A stretch of 64,000 nt of DNA from Octopus sinensis (GCF_006345805.1 NC_043002.1:119040001-119104000); one strand, 5' to 3'; counted from the stretch's first letter, positions 11,551 to 22,891 are shown. Numbers and translations: made by a program. The notes: generated from the letters alone by a model not told the origin.

Positions 11551-11869
11551 TTGACTTAGCTCCTCTCCTCCTTTAAAATTTTCAGTAGGTATCAAAAACA
11601 ATTATTATTTATCCTTCGCGATATATTTTGCGAATCAATTGTTCCTGTGAGGCTGGGAGGGAAGCAGGGGTACTGGTCGTAAGTGCAAGATCAGGCTTTT
11701 TCTCCACCTCTCTTTTTTGCTTTATAGGAACTCCAGTCTGTAGTAAATTTTGATTATATTTTGTATTCGGCACTTGTTTATTTGAAGACAAGAAAATCTG
11801 GAAAGTCTGTTTAGTCATTTAATGCTGAGCCAGAAATATTATTTATGAAAACACTCATTATTACAGATA

Positions 11870-12167
11870 TGCCAGCGCCGCCTTGGCTGGCTTCTGTGCC
11901 AGTGGCACATAAAAAGCACCATCCGAACGTGGCCGATGCCAGCGCCGCCTTGGCTGGCTTCCGTGCTAGTGGCCGATGCCAGACCCCCCTGGCACCTGTG
12001 CAGGTGGCACGTAAAAAGCACCCACTACACTCGCAGAGTGGTTGGCGTTAGGAAGGGCATCCAGCTGTAGAAACACTGCCAGATCAGACTGGAGCCTGGT
12101 GCAGCCCCTGGTTGAACCGTCCAACCCCTGCTAAGGGGAAAATGGACGTTAAACGATGATGATGATG
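11870..12167 (+). mobile_element. Family C copy
   Basis: 67-nt units, core and (GAT)n tail. Confidence 0.85.
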
Positions 12168-12771
12168 GTATCCTCACAGCTGATGATCTGCATTTGTATA
12201 CCTTCCTACGATGCTTTTTCACACAAGCAGCAAAAGACACCTGTTCCAATCCCTTTATTATATCCTTGTCACTTAACATCTGGTATAAGCCACCTCCCTT
12301 AATCAAGGGGTCTTGTCTTGTGAGTTACTTGACCTCACTGGTGCCAATGGCATGAAAGAAAAAGGGCAAAATTCTGCTTTAAGCACACCGCATAACCCCT
12401 CATAACTTTTTTAACTTCAGAAGTTTTCAGAAAATTTTTGTGAATTTGTTATCTACACACAGGAGTTAATACGATTATGCAAAAACCTCTAAAAATTAGT
12501 GATCTAAGAGCTACTTAGCCTTTATTTTTAGCATGTCTCATGTCCACCTCATACCCTTCTCGTTTGTTTATCACTCTGACGTATTGATGTTTTCCAATAT
12601 CTTTCTCCCGATAAACCTATTTAATGGTTTATTAGTTGGATTTAAGTTTAAAATTCAGACAACCTATATTTCAAATAATGATTGAAACAAAAATGTTTGT
12701 TTTCATAGTCATGTGAATTCCTGTGTATAGAATACAAATTTGCAAAAATTTTCTGAAGCTTAGTAGTTGTG

Positions 12772-13227
12772 ATACCTGTGCCATGGCACATAAAGAGCAC
12801 CATCCGAACGTGGCCGTTGCCAGCGCCGCCTCGACTGGCTTCTGTGCCGGTGGCACATAAAAAGCACCATCTGAACGTGGCCGATGCCAGCGCTGCCTCG
12901 ACTGGCTTCTGTGCCGGTGGCACATAAAAATCACCATCCGAACATGGCCGATACCAGCGCCGCCTTGGCTGGCTTCCGTGCCGGTGGCACGTTAAAAGCA
13001 CCAGCCGATCGTGGTCAATGCTAGACCCCCCTTGGCACCTGTGCCGGTGGCATGTAAAAAGCACCCACTACACTCGCGGAGTGGTTGGCGTTAGGAAGGG
13101 CATCCAGCTGTAGAAACACTGCCAGATCAGACTGGAGCCTGGTGCAGCCCCTGGTTTCCCAAACCCCGGTCGAACCGTCCAACCCGTGCTAGCGCGGAAA
13201 ACGGACGTTAAACGATGATGATGATGA
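12772..13227 (+). mobile_element. Family C copy with four 67-nt units
   Basis: Unit starts at 12810, 12877, 12944 and 13011; (GAT)n tail. Confidence 0.88.
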
Positions 13228-13443
13228 GGGGTTATATGGTAAAGCACTCACTACCCGCTGTAAAGTGGTTGGCATTCGAATGAGCATCCAGCTGTAGAAA
13301 CTGTGCCAAAATAAGACATTGAAGCTTGATTCTGATCTGACAGATCCTGTCAAACCATCCAGCCCATGCCAACATGGAATACAGGTGCTAAATAATGATG
13401 GTGATTATGACATGAATCAAAACACATTTGTAATCCTACTTAC

Positions 13444-13533
13444 TTTATACCCCTTTTCTTGAAGGCTAGCCCGTGTCCTGTCATACAGTGCACATTTGGA
13501 GGGAATACAGTTTTGGCATGTTCACATACTGAC
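13444..13533 (-). CDS. FBH1: FBH1 coding exon 8
   Basis: cttctatag acceptor, SVCEHAKTVFPPNVHCMTGHGLAFKKRGI(K), donor AA|gtaagt; motif Ia region. Confidence 0.9.
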
Positions 13534-13644
13534 CTATAGAAGACAGAGAAAAATAGCAGAGGTTTCTTTGAAAACTAATTCAAAAATCATTATATATATA
13601 TATATACACATATATATACATACATATATATATATATTCTTTTA

Positions 13645-14008
13645 TTTGTTCCAGTCATTTGTTTGCAGCCATGCTGGAGCACTGCCTTTAGTCGAATAAA
13701 TCAACCCCAGGACTTATTCTTTGTAAGCCTAGTACTTATTCTATCAGTCTCTTTTGCCAAAGTGCTAAGTTATGGTTATGTAAACACACCAACATCGGTT
13801 GTCAAGAAATGGTGGTGGGGAACAAATACAAATACACACACACACACCTATATATACAACAGGCTTCTTTCAGTTTCCGTCTACCAAATCCACTCACAAG
13901 GCTTTGGTTGGCCCGAGGCTATAGTAGAAGACACTTGCCCAAGGTACCATGCAGTGGAACTGAACCCAGAACCATGTGGTTGGTAATCAAGCTACTTACC
14001 ATACAGGC
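13645..14008 (-). mobile_element. SINE family D
   Basis: Match to family D; followed by an inverted 3' half at about 14030-14240. Confidence 0.8.
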
Positions 14009-14371
14009 AATATATATGTATATCTATGTGTCAGTGTCTTTTTATCTGTTGTATTCCACCACCTCTTGACAACCGGTATTAGTATGTTTACATCCCTACA
14101 ACTTAGCAGCTTGGCAAAAGAGACCGATAGAATATGAACTAGGCTTAAAAATAAGTGCAGGGGGTTAACTTGTTTGACTAAAATTCTAGAAGTTGGTGCC
14201 CCAGCATGGCCACAGACAACTGACTGAAACAAGTAAAAGATATATATATATATATATATATATAATTGGAAAAGTATGCGTGGCATTCAGTCATATAATA
14301 ATATAAATAATATATAAATATATGCATATATACATACATATATGTACATACCTACATATATATGTATATAC

Positions 14372-14602
14372 CAGCGGCGAGCTGGCAGAAACGTTAGCGC
14401 GCCGGGCAAAATGCTTAGCGGTATTTTGTCTGCCGTTACGTTCTGAGTTCAAATTCCGCCGAGGTCGACTTTGCCTTTCATCCTTTCGGGGTTGACAAAT
14501 AAAGTACCAGTTTCGCACTGGAGTCGATGTAATCGACTTAATCCCTTTGTCTGTCCTTGTTTGTCCCCTCTGTGTTTAGCCCCTTGTGGGCAGTAACGAA
14601 AT
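14372..14602 (+). mobile_element. SINE family A
   Basis: Full-length match to 68-300. Confidence 0.87.
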
Positions 14603-14813
14603 ATATATGTATATATACATGTATACATGGGTACAGGACATAAAAAAAAACGTTGAACACAATGAGAAACGAAAACATAAAAACATACAAAACGTACAAA
14701 ACAGACGTTTTTCGAACAACGAAAAAACAAAAAGAGAAACGAGACATGCAACATAAAGAATATTCACCTTCATCAGTTGACCCTGTTTCATATTCTCCGC
14801 GTTTATATATATA

Positions 14814-15199
14814 CTAGCAGTACCGCCCGGCGTTGCTCGGGTTTGTAAGGGAAATAACTATATAAGCATTTTTAGAGAGTTATAGCCAAAAAATAGCAAA
14901 AAATGCATTAAAAATGGGAAAATAATGATGGTAAATTTTTTTAAAAATCGTTGACTCATCGTAGACAATTTTAGAGAGTTACTTCCCTTATATAATAGCG
15001 AAAAAATGCATTAAAATGGAAAAAAATGATGGTAAATTTTTTTTTAAATCGTAGACGCGCGCTAATATCCAGAAGGGCTCGATATGAATCACAACTATAA
15101 GATACCCGGTTTTGGTTAAACTGCACCGCAAAATGTGGGAGTAGTTAGGAATCTAAATCGTAGGAGACAGACACACAACCTTACTTTTATATATAAAGA
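14814..15199 (-). mobile_element. Non-autonomous Helitron (H3)
   Basis: TC/CTAG termini and hairpin; directly joined to H4. Confidence 0.88.
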
Positions 15200-15731
15200 C
15201 TAGCAGTATCGCCCGGCGTTGCTCGGGTTTGTAAGGGAAATAACTATATAAGCATTTTTAGAGAGTTATAGCAAAAAAATGCATTAAAAATGGAATAAAA
15301 AATGATAATTTTTTTTAAAATCGTTGACTCAGTGTCTTCAAGCCATGAAGTCGTTGTTCTAAAAGAACGCTGGTCTCCTTGACAACGCATTACGACTTTG
15401 ATTTCCTTACACTCCCTTCCCCACAGCTTCACGAGGGAGGGAAGAAAGGGGAGAAGCAAACACAGGTGCAGGTGTTTGAGCGTGGACACCAACTCCGCCG
15501 CCATCGACACACGAAAAATTATGCATTAAAATGGAATAAAAAATGATGTTAAATTATTTTTAAAATCGTAGACTCATCGTAGATGCGCACTAATAGCCAG
15601 ACAGGCTCGATATTAATCACGACTATAAGATACCCGAATTTGGTTAAACTGCACCGCAAAATGTGGGAGGAGTTAGGAATCTAAATTGAAGGGGACAGAC
15701 ACTCACACAACTACAGTTTTATATATATAGA
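15200..15731 (-). mobile_element. Non-autonomous Helitron with internal insert (H4)
   Basis: Same termini; about 190 bp at 15331-15520 absent from the other copies. Confidence 0.85.
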
Positions 15732-15941
15732 TAGGCTTCTTAAAAATTTAACACATAATATACATAATAAATAGATGATTATATAAAATCCCAGAATAAT
15801 TTTTAAAAATACATAATTTAAAGAACATAAGAACAGGGTGATCCAATCACAGACATGTGAGAACCCATAAGGTGGCCAAAATACCTAAATATTATTACAC
15901 CAGACACAGAAACAAAGAACAACTAGAAAAAGTAGACTTAC

Positions 15942-16020
15942 TTGTTGTACACAATCAGTAAAAACTTAACTCCAGGTCTCATTTGGGTATAACGGACTAA
16001 AGTAGAACTCTTTCCAGTTC
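15942..16020 (-). CDS. FBH1: FBH1 coding exon 7 (Walker A)
   Basis: ctattgtag acceptor, GTGKSSTLVRYTQMRPGVKFLLIVYN(K), donor AA|gtaagt. Confidence 0.93.
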
Positions 16021-16078
16021 CTACAATAGAAACAATTCCAATTGGATACATATATATACATACCGAGATAAACAGATA

Positions 16079-16196
16079 CTGGAGCTTTAGGTGTTTTCGC
16101 TCAATAAACACTCACAACGCCCGGTCTGGGAATCGAAACCGCGATCCTATGACCGCGAGTCCGCTGCCCTAACCACTGGGCCATTGCGCCTCCACC
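16079..16196 (-). mobile_element. SINE family B, head half, in the 222-bp intron 6
   Basis: Match to the tRNA head of family B. Confidence 0.8.
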
Positions 16197-16242
16197 ACAT
16201 GACTATAAAGTGGCTGTAGGAATATAAGACAAAAACAATTAC

Positions 16243-16340
16243 CAGCAAATGCAATTATATTAATGATTTCTCCAGGCTTGACGTTGTGGTTAACGATCTG
16301 AAGCTGTTCATTGGTCAGACGAAGTTTATTCTTGCCGTCA
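16243..16340 (-). CDS. FBH1: FBH1 coding exon 6 (Q motif, start of Walker A)
   Basis: gtttcag acceptor, DGKNKLRLTNEQLQIVNHNVKPGEIINIIAFA(G), donor G|gtaatt. Confidence 0.92.
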
Positions 16341-16448
16341 CTGAAACACACAAGAAAATATTTTATTTTACAAGTTTAAACAAGACAAACAAAATCCAGA
16401 TGGACCTCTACATTTACTCACTTTCAGAATCTGTTGTAAAATCTCAGA

Positions 16449-16850
16449 CATAGGCGCAGGAGTGGCTGTGTGGTAAGTAGCTTGCTAACCAACCACATGG
16501 TTCTGGGTTCAGTCCCACTGCGTGGCATCTTGGGAAAGTGTCTTCTGCTATAGCCCCGGGCCGACCAATGCCTTGTGAGTGGATTTGGTAGACGGAAACT
16601 GAAAGAAGCTTGTCGTATATATATGTATATATATATATGTGTGTTTGTGTGTCTGTGTTTGTTCCCTAGCATTGCTTGACAACCGATGCTGGTGTTTTTA
16701 CGTCCCCGTCACTTAGCGGTTCGGCAAAAGAGACCGATAGAATAAGTACTAGGCTTACAAAGAATAAGTCCCGGGGTCGATTTGCTTGACTAAATGCGGT
16801 GCTCCAGCATGGCCGCAGTCAAATGACTGAAACAAGTAAAAGAGAGAGAG
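16449..16850 (+). mobile_element. SINE family D
   Basis: Full-length, ggcgcaggagtggctgtgtggtaag head. Confidence 0.87.
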
Positions 16851-17214
16851 ATATCACATTCAGAGCAATAATATATGAAGCATAAATGTCTCCCACGTTC
16901 TGGTGGCTGTTAGAGCACAAGTTTTTTTCTCTAGTTTGGCTATCTTCCCAGATGCTTCAATAATTTCACACGAGCACGCCATCCATCACAGTTCACTCAT
17001 GCATCTTCTTAATTCATCAGCATTTGTCATTCCACTGTCCTGAAGCAAGTTGTCCACATAAGTTAGATATTTTCTTCTCTTGATTCTTCCTTCAACTCAT
17101 TGCCACAAGACCAGTTGACAAAGGTTCTTCTAGGTGTAATGACCAGCAATTCTCATTCTTCTCTGCTGAATCTTCTCAGTCACTTTGGGTAGATTTCGAT
17201 AAAGCTGCTAATTC

Positions 17215-17507
17215 TTTGTAAGCTCAGTACTTATTCTATCGGTCTCTTTTGCCAAACCGCTAAGTAACGGGGACGTAAACACACCAGCATCGGTTGTCAA
17301 GCAATGCTAGGGGGACAAACACAGACACACAAACATATACACACACACACTTATATATATATACATATATACGACAGGCTTCTTTCAGTTTCTGTCTACC
17401 AAATCACTCACAAATCGGCCCGGGGCTATAGCAGAAGACACTTGCCCAAGATGCCACGCAGTGGGACTGAACCCGCAAGCTACTTACCACACAGCCACTC
17501 CCGCACC
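17215..17507 (-). mobile_element. SINE family D (partial, internal deletions)
   Basis: Match to family D. Confidence 0.8.
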
Positions 17508-18055
17508 TATTGTATCATCTTTTCTGTTCATCTGAGTCACAAGTATTTTCAGCTTATAGACGGAGGAAAATAGTGTGTCTCTCCTAAGATCCCAGTATCA
17601 TGCCTTTGTAAAGATTTGAGCCAATGATGAAGTACTTGTAGCTAAGCACAACAAATAATTCAGTTATAATTCTGGTTTGATTTTGAGAAAATCAAAACCA
17701 GTGTTAGAAGACAAACTGATATTTTCATCTCAGTTTTAAGCATTAGGGACAATAATCTATGAATCAAAGTCTGAAATTGTTATTACACAAATGAGAGTAA
17801 CAGAAAATATTGATTTGCGATGTGGGCACAAGATCTCAAATTAGGGTGAAATGTATAAAAGATTAAATCGACTTAAGTACTTTGACTCCAAGAAACGAAT
17901 GAAAAGTCAACAAAATTCCACTCCAGTGGAATTTGAACTGAGAATGTAACTAAATTCCACAAGGGGTTCGGATGAATGGATAGAAAGAAAGAAAGAAAGA
18001 AAGAAAGAAGGGAAAGAGGGAGGAAGAAAGGAAAAACAACCAGCCACAGATTATA

Positions 18056-18402
18056 TCCGCCTCGACTGGCTTCCGTGCCGGTGGCACGTAAAAAGCACCA
18101 TCCGAATCGTGGTCGAAGCCAGTGCCGCCTCGACTGGCTTCCGTGCCGGTGGCACGTAAAATGCACCAATCCGACTGTGACCGTTGCCAGCCTCGCCTGG
18201 CACCTGTGCGAGTGGCACGTAAAAAGCACCCACTACACTCACGGAGTGGTTGGCGTTAGGAAGGGTATCCAGCTGTAGAAACACTGCCAGATAAGACTGG
18301 AGCCTGGTGCAGCCTTCTGGCTTCCCAGATCCCCAGTCGAACTGTCCAACCCATGCTAGCATGGAGAACAGACGTTAAACGATGATGATGATGATGATGA
18401 TG
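18056..18402 (+). mobile_element. Family C copy
   Basis: Units, core and (GAT)n tail. Confidence 0.85.
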
Positions 18403-18499
18403 AGTGTGCCATAATTGACAAAACACAGGAATGTTAAGTAGAAAGCTAAATCAAACAATACCTCCCAGTATATTAATCAGAAGGACAGTTTCAGCTTAC

Positions 18500-18619
18500 C
18501 AATATCTGACGATTGTCTGTTGTTTCTCACCAACTGAAGTATTCTTACTCATCTGTGCTACGGTGACACAGGAACTGTTCTCATACAAATAGAGACTGTA
18601 GAAGAGACGGTAATGCACC
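18500..18619 (-). CDS. FBH1: FBH1 coding exon 5
   Basis: tttcccag acceptor, VHYRLFYSLYLYENSS..., donor TG|gtaagc; phases 2/2; resembles vertebrate IHYNIFYCLYLQENS. Confidence 0.9.
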
Positions 18620-19039
18620 CTGGGAAATAAAACAAAGGATATCATTTTAAAGAACTATCTTCTTTCACAACACCCAAACATCTCACAGATCACACTCCAC
18701 CATCTTAGAAAAAGGTCACATCATTGGTTAATGTGACATTGAATACAGAGAAAAAGACAAATGTCATCCTGGTTGGGATACTTTGGGTCACAAGTCTGCT
18801 CAAACAGACCTCATTTAAAAGTTAAACAACAACAACAACAACAACAACAGCAGCAGCACCAGCGCCGCCGCCGCAGGCACAATTTTTTATTCCTGCATGA
18901 AAAGCTGTTTTCTTGTGGTTTTTGTGTGTTATGTGTGATTATATTTTTCAAATTGGAAGTCGATATAGAACCTCATCCGACGACAGGCACCCATGCCAAC
19001 CCCCTTTGCTTGCGAAGACATGTTGGGGCAAGCGAAAGC

Positions 19040-19396
19040 GAAATCGAAATCGAATTGAACCAGCCAGGATCCCTGGTCTGGTGGTACGTAAAAAGCACTA
19101 TCGGACTCGTGGCCGATGCCAGCGCCGTCTCCACTGGCTTCCGTGCCGGTGGCACATAAAATACACCAATCTGACCGTGGCCGTTGCCAGCCTCACCTGG
19201 CACCTGTGCAGGTGGCATGTAAAAAGCACCCACTACACTCATGGAGTGGTTGGCGTTAGGAAGGGCATCCAGCTGTAGAAACATTGCCAGATAAGGCTGG
19301 AGCCTGGTGCAGCCTTCTGGCTTCCCAGATCCCCGGTCGAACCGTCCAACCCATGCTAGCATGGAGAACGGACGTTAAACGATGATGATGATGATG
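19040..19396 (+). mobile_element. Family C copy with longer 5' extension
   Basis: Near-identical to the inverted copy at 19961-20308. Confidence 0.85.
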
Positions 19397-19399
19397 TAG

Positions 19400-19945
19400 T
19401 TGAACTAAAACTAATTTTTAAATTGTGTTTATTGAAGAGTATGGTTAACTGGAAAATGTCTATCTATCAGTGTTAAGAAATATTTACCTATATTGAAGGT
19501 CACCTCGGGTGAGTAAGGGGGTGTAAAGCAGATGATCTTCCTATTTCTATTTTTCCTCTTCTTTACTGTTGAGCTAGTAACAGGTGTATATTTTATTTTT
19601 TCGCTAAAACCACTATCTTTTAAAGCCTTATTATAAACTGGGACAACGCTATTAAAAATGTCCTTATCGGAGGAAAGGCTAGAAATTCTCTTGCTAATAT
19701 TTTTAACAAAATTTTTGAATACTATAGGGGGATGGCATGAACCTACATTAATATAACTAAGTCTATCATTGGGCTTCCAATAAGGCTTATAAATATTCTT
19801 ATTTAGATCTAAGGAAACGTCTAGGAAATTGACAACCGTCAGGTTAGTATCTAAAGTTATACTAAGTTCGAAGTTAAAAATTTCCTCTATTTACATAATA
19901 TTGAGGTCTCTTTCTTTCTTTTGTTATCTTACCGTTTTTACCAAT
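19400..19945 (-). mobile_element. Penelope-like element RT/thumb fragment
   Basis: Translates to NLTVVNFLDVSLDL...YKPYWKPN...CHP...KRISSLS...YNKALKDSGF...RNRKIICFTPPYSPEVTFNIGKYFL, with frameshifts; typical PLE RT C-terminus. Confidence 0.8.
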
Positions 19946-19960
19946 ATATATATATATATA

Positions 19961-20308
19961 TCATCATCGTCGTTTAACGTCCGTTCTCCATGCTAGCATG
20001 GGTTGGACGGTTCGACCGGGGTTCTGGGAAGCCAGAAGGCTGCACCAGGCTCCAGTCTAATTTGGCAATGTTTCTACAGCTGGATGCCCTTCCTAACGCC
20101 AACCACTCCGTGAGTGTAGTGGGTGCTTTTTACGTGCCACCTGCACAGGTGCCAGGCGGGGCTGGCAACGGCCACGGTCAGATTGGTGTATTTTATGTGC
20201 CACCGGCACGGAAGCCAGTCGAGGCGGTGCTGGCATCGGCCACGAGTCGGATAGTGCTTTTTACGTACCACCAGACCAGGGATCCTGGCTGGTTCAATTC
20301 GATTTCGA
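19961..20308 (-). mobile_element. Family C copy
   Basis: (CAT)n, core and units in reverse orientation. Confidence 0.85.
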
Positions 20309-20323
20309 TATATATATATATAT

Positions 20324-21975
20324 ATGGAAAGGGTCATAGCCCAACTAATTAGGGAGAGAGTTAGTTTAGCCAAGATGCAGTATGGGTTTGTGCCAGAGAA
20401 AAGCACCACTGATGCTATATTTCTGGTAAGACAGCTGCAGGAGAAATACTTAGCCAAAGATAAACCTCTGTACATGGCTTTTGTTGACATAAAGAAAACC
20501 TTTGACAGGGTCCCCTGATCCCTTATCTGGTGGTCAATGCAGAAACTAGGGATAGATGTATAGTTAGTGAGAGCTGTACAAGCCATGTACAGGGATGCTG
20601 TTAGTAAGGTGAGTGTCTGCAATGAGTATAGTGGAAAATTCTGGGTAGTGGTCCACCAAGGATCAGTCCTCAGCCCTCTCTTATTCATCATAGTCCTCCA
20701 TACAATAACAGAGAAATTCAAGATGGGATGTCTCTGGGAGCTCCTCTATGCTGATGACCTTGCTCTAATAGCTGAGTCACTATCAGAACTAGAGCAGAAA
20801 GTGTGGAAGTAAGGTCTAGAATCGGAGGGTTTTAGAATCTTAGAGTCAATCTAGCAAAAGCCAAAAGTCTTAATAAGCGGGAAAGCAGACAAACCACAAA
20901 TCCCTTCAGGTAGATGGCCCTGATCGATCTGTAGAAAAGCCGTAGGTAGAAACTCCATAAGGTGTACCTGGTGTAAGCTATGGACACATAGGAGGTGTAG
21001 CAATATCAGAGAAAGGCTAACTGGGAAGATAACTTCTGTGTGTAGCAGAAGGTAACCAAGTCAGTAGTGGGGGTGGATGCTCTGAGAGCATAGCTGCTAG
21101 AATAAGAATAGCCTGGGCAAAGCTCAGAGTGAAAGGTAGACTGTATAACACATGTGTGTGAGCTGTGAATGCTGAGGACATGCGTAAGCTTGCAAGAAAT
21201 GAAGCTAGATGTGTAATGTCAGCGTGCATACATGACAGAGTGCAAGCACCCTTAGAGAAAAGTTGGACACAAGAAACATCAGGTGTGGTGCGCAAGAGAG
21301 ACGACTGCACTGTGTTGCATATGGAGGAGGACAGCCATGTGAAAAAGTGTCACACCCTAACAGTGGAGGGAATCTGTGGAAGAGGTAAACCCAGGAAGAC
21401 CTGAGATGAGGTGGTGAAGCATGACCTTTGAACGTTGGGCCTCACGGAGGCAATGACAAGTAACCGAGACCTTTGGAGACATGCTGTGCTTGAGAAGACC
21501 TGGCAAGCCAAGTGAGACTGTAACCGTGGCTTATGCCAGGGTTGCATAACTGGCTCATTTGAGAGTACCCTTCAATCATTGGGTAATAAACTGTGCTTGA
21601 GAAGACCTGTTGAGTCAAGTGAAAGCATTGTCATGACCAATGCCAGTACTGCCTGATTGGAACCCGTGCTGGTGGAATGTAAAAAGCACCATTCAAGCAT
21701 GGTCAATGCCAGTCCCACCAGACTGGCTCCCATGCCAGTGGCACGTAAAAAGCACCATATAAACGTGGTCGATGCCAGTGCCGCCCGACTGGTCCTGTGC
21801 CGGTGACATGTAAAGAATATCATTCAAGTGTGGTCAATGCCAGTACGACCTGATTGGCCCCCGTACTGGTGGCACAGTCAAACTGGAGCCTGATGCAGCT
21901 TCCTGGCTTGCCAGTCCTCCGTCAAACTGTCCAACCCATGTCAGCAGACGTTAAACCATGGTTATGATGATGATA
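20324..21975 (+). mobile_element. 5'-truncated RTE LINE with its 3' UTR
   Basis: QYGFVPEKSTTDA, QGSVLSP, YADD, GRGKPRKT...LWRHAVLEK; 3' UTR carries family C units and a (GAT)n tail; many stops. Confidence 0.9.
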
Positions 21976-22142
21976 TAAGACGGGCTTCTTCTAGTTTCCG
22001 TTTACCAAATCTACCCACAAGGCTTTGGTCAGCCTGATGCTATAGTAGAAGACACTTGCCCAATGTGCCACACAGTGGGACTGAACCCAGAACCATGTGG
22101 TTGGGAAGTAAGCTTCTTAACCCACAGCTGCACCTGTGCCCA
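21975..22142 (-). mobile_element. SINE family D, head half
   Basis: Match to the family D 5' half. Confidence 0.75.
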
Positions 22143-22259
22143 TAAAAGTAAGATGGCTTGCTGGCCACACAGAAGGTTTTGTCACTTTGACTTCAAAAAG
22201 AAGTTACAGATAAAACATTCCTGATAGTCAAACAAAAGAGTAGAATTCAAAATACTTAC

Positions 22260-22450
22260 GCATTCCAAAGTTTGTTAGCAGTAATGCATGTCATACCATA
22301 GAGATGCAATGCAATGGAATACACATTATCAAGTAAGATGTCTAGGGCACCATAATCTGAACACAGCAAGCTTTTCACAAGCAAATGGCATTCATTGACA
22401 GTTGCACACAAGATACACATTAAAGTTACCATAGACCAAGGGTTTGGTTT
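22260..22450 (-). CDS. FBH1: FBH1 coding exon 4
   Basis: cattaatag acceptor, KPNPWSMVTLMCILCATVNECHLL...VYSIALHLYGM..., donor GC|gtaagt; phases 0/2; resembles vertebrate NIWALVAAVVLLSSSVNDI...LYCIAVLLYAM. Confidence 0.87.
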
Positions 22451-22518
22451 CTATTAATGAAGAAGAAAATTGGTTCAATGAAATTAATTAATTACATTAT
22501 AATAAATAAGGGTAAACA

Positions 22519-22891
22519 TCTCTATATATAAACAGCAAAATGTTTGTGTGTGTGTGTGTGTGTGTCCTTTATACAAATCCACAATTTTTCAGTTAGAGGG
22601 CTTGCACTTTCTATGGTCATTCAAAACCATGCAAGGGTGGTTGTGCATATCTTTACGTTTCCCCAGTCACCCGGCAAAGCCATTAAAAAAATCAACAGAA
22701 GTGACTTTTTTGTGAATTTTCTATCCAAAACCCAATCAAAATGCCCGAAACTTGATACACGAATTGAATGCCAGCTAGCTGTATGTGATTGGTCAGAGAT
22801 TTGGGCAGTACTCGCGTGTATGTGTGCATGCACGCAGCTGTATATGCATGCACTAGCACTATGACCCGGTGTTGCCGGGTCATAGTTCTAG
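22519..22891 (+). mobile_element. Non-autonomous Helitron, second family
   Basis: A|TC start, internal (TG)n, perfect 11-bp hairpin 22859-22885, CTAG|T end. Confidence 0.82.

Noticed and set aside
11609-11818. 69-aa minus ORF in intron 8
   Set aside because: Not needed for the FBH1 frame, no motif, no convincing splice pair.
12810-13077. Regular 67-nt repeats resembling a CRISPR array or a pistol ribozyme
   Set aside because: No unique spacers, eukaryotic retroelement context; only the first hairpin and A-rich linker resemble pistol, and the P2/P3 elements are absent.
14700-14790. Minus-strand CTGATGA ... CGAAA hammerhead-like motif
   Set aside because: Stems I, II and III cannot be paired convincingly.
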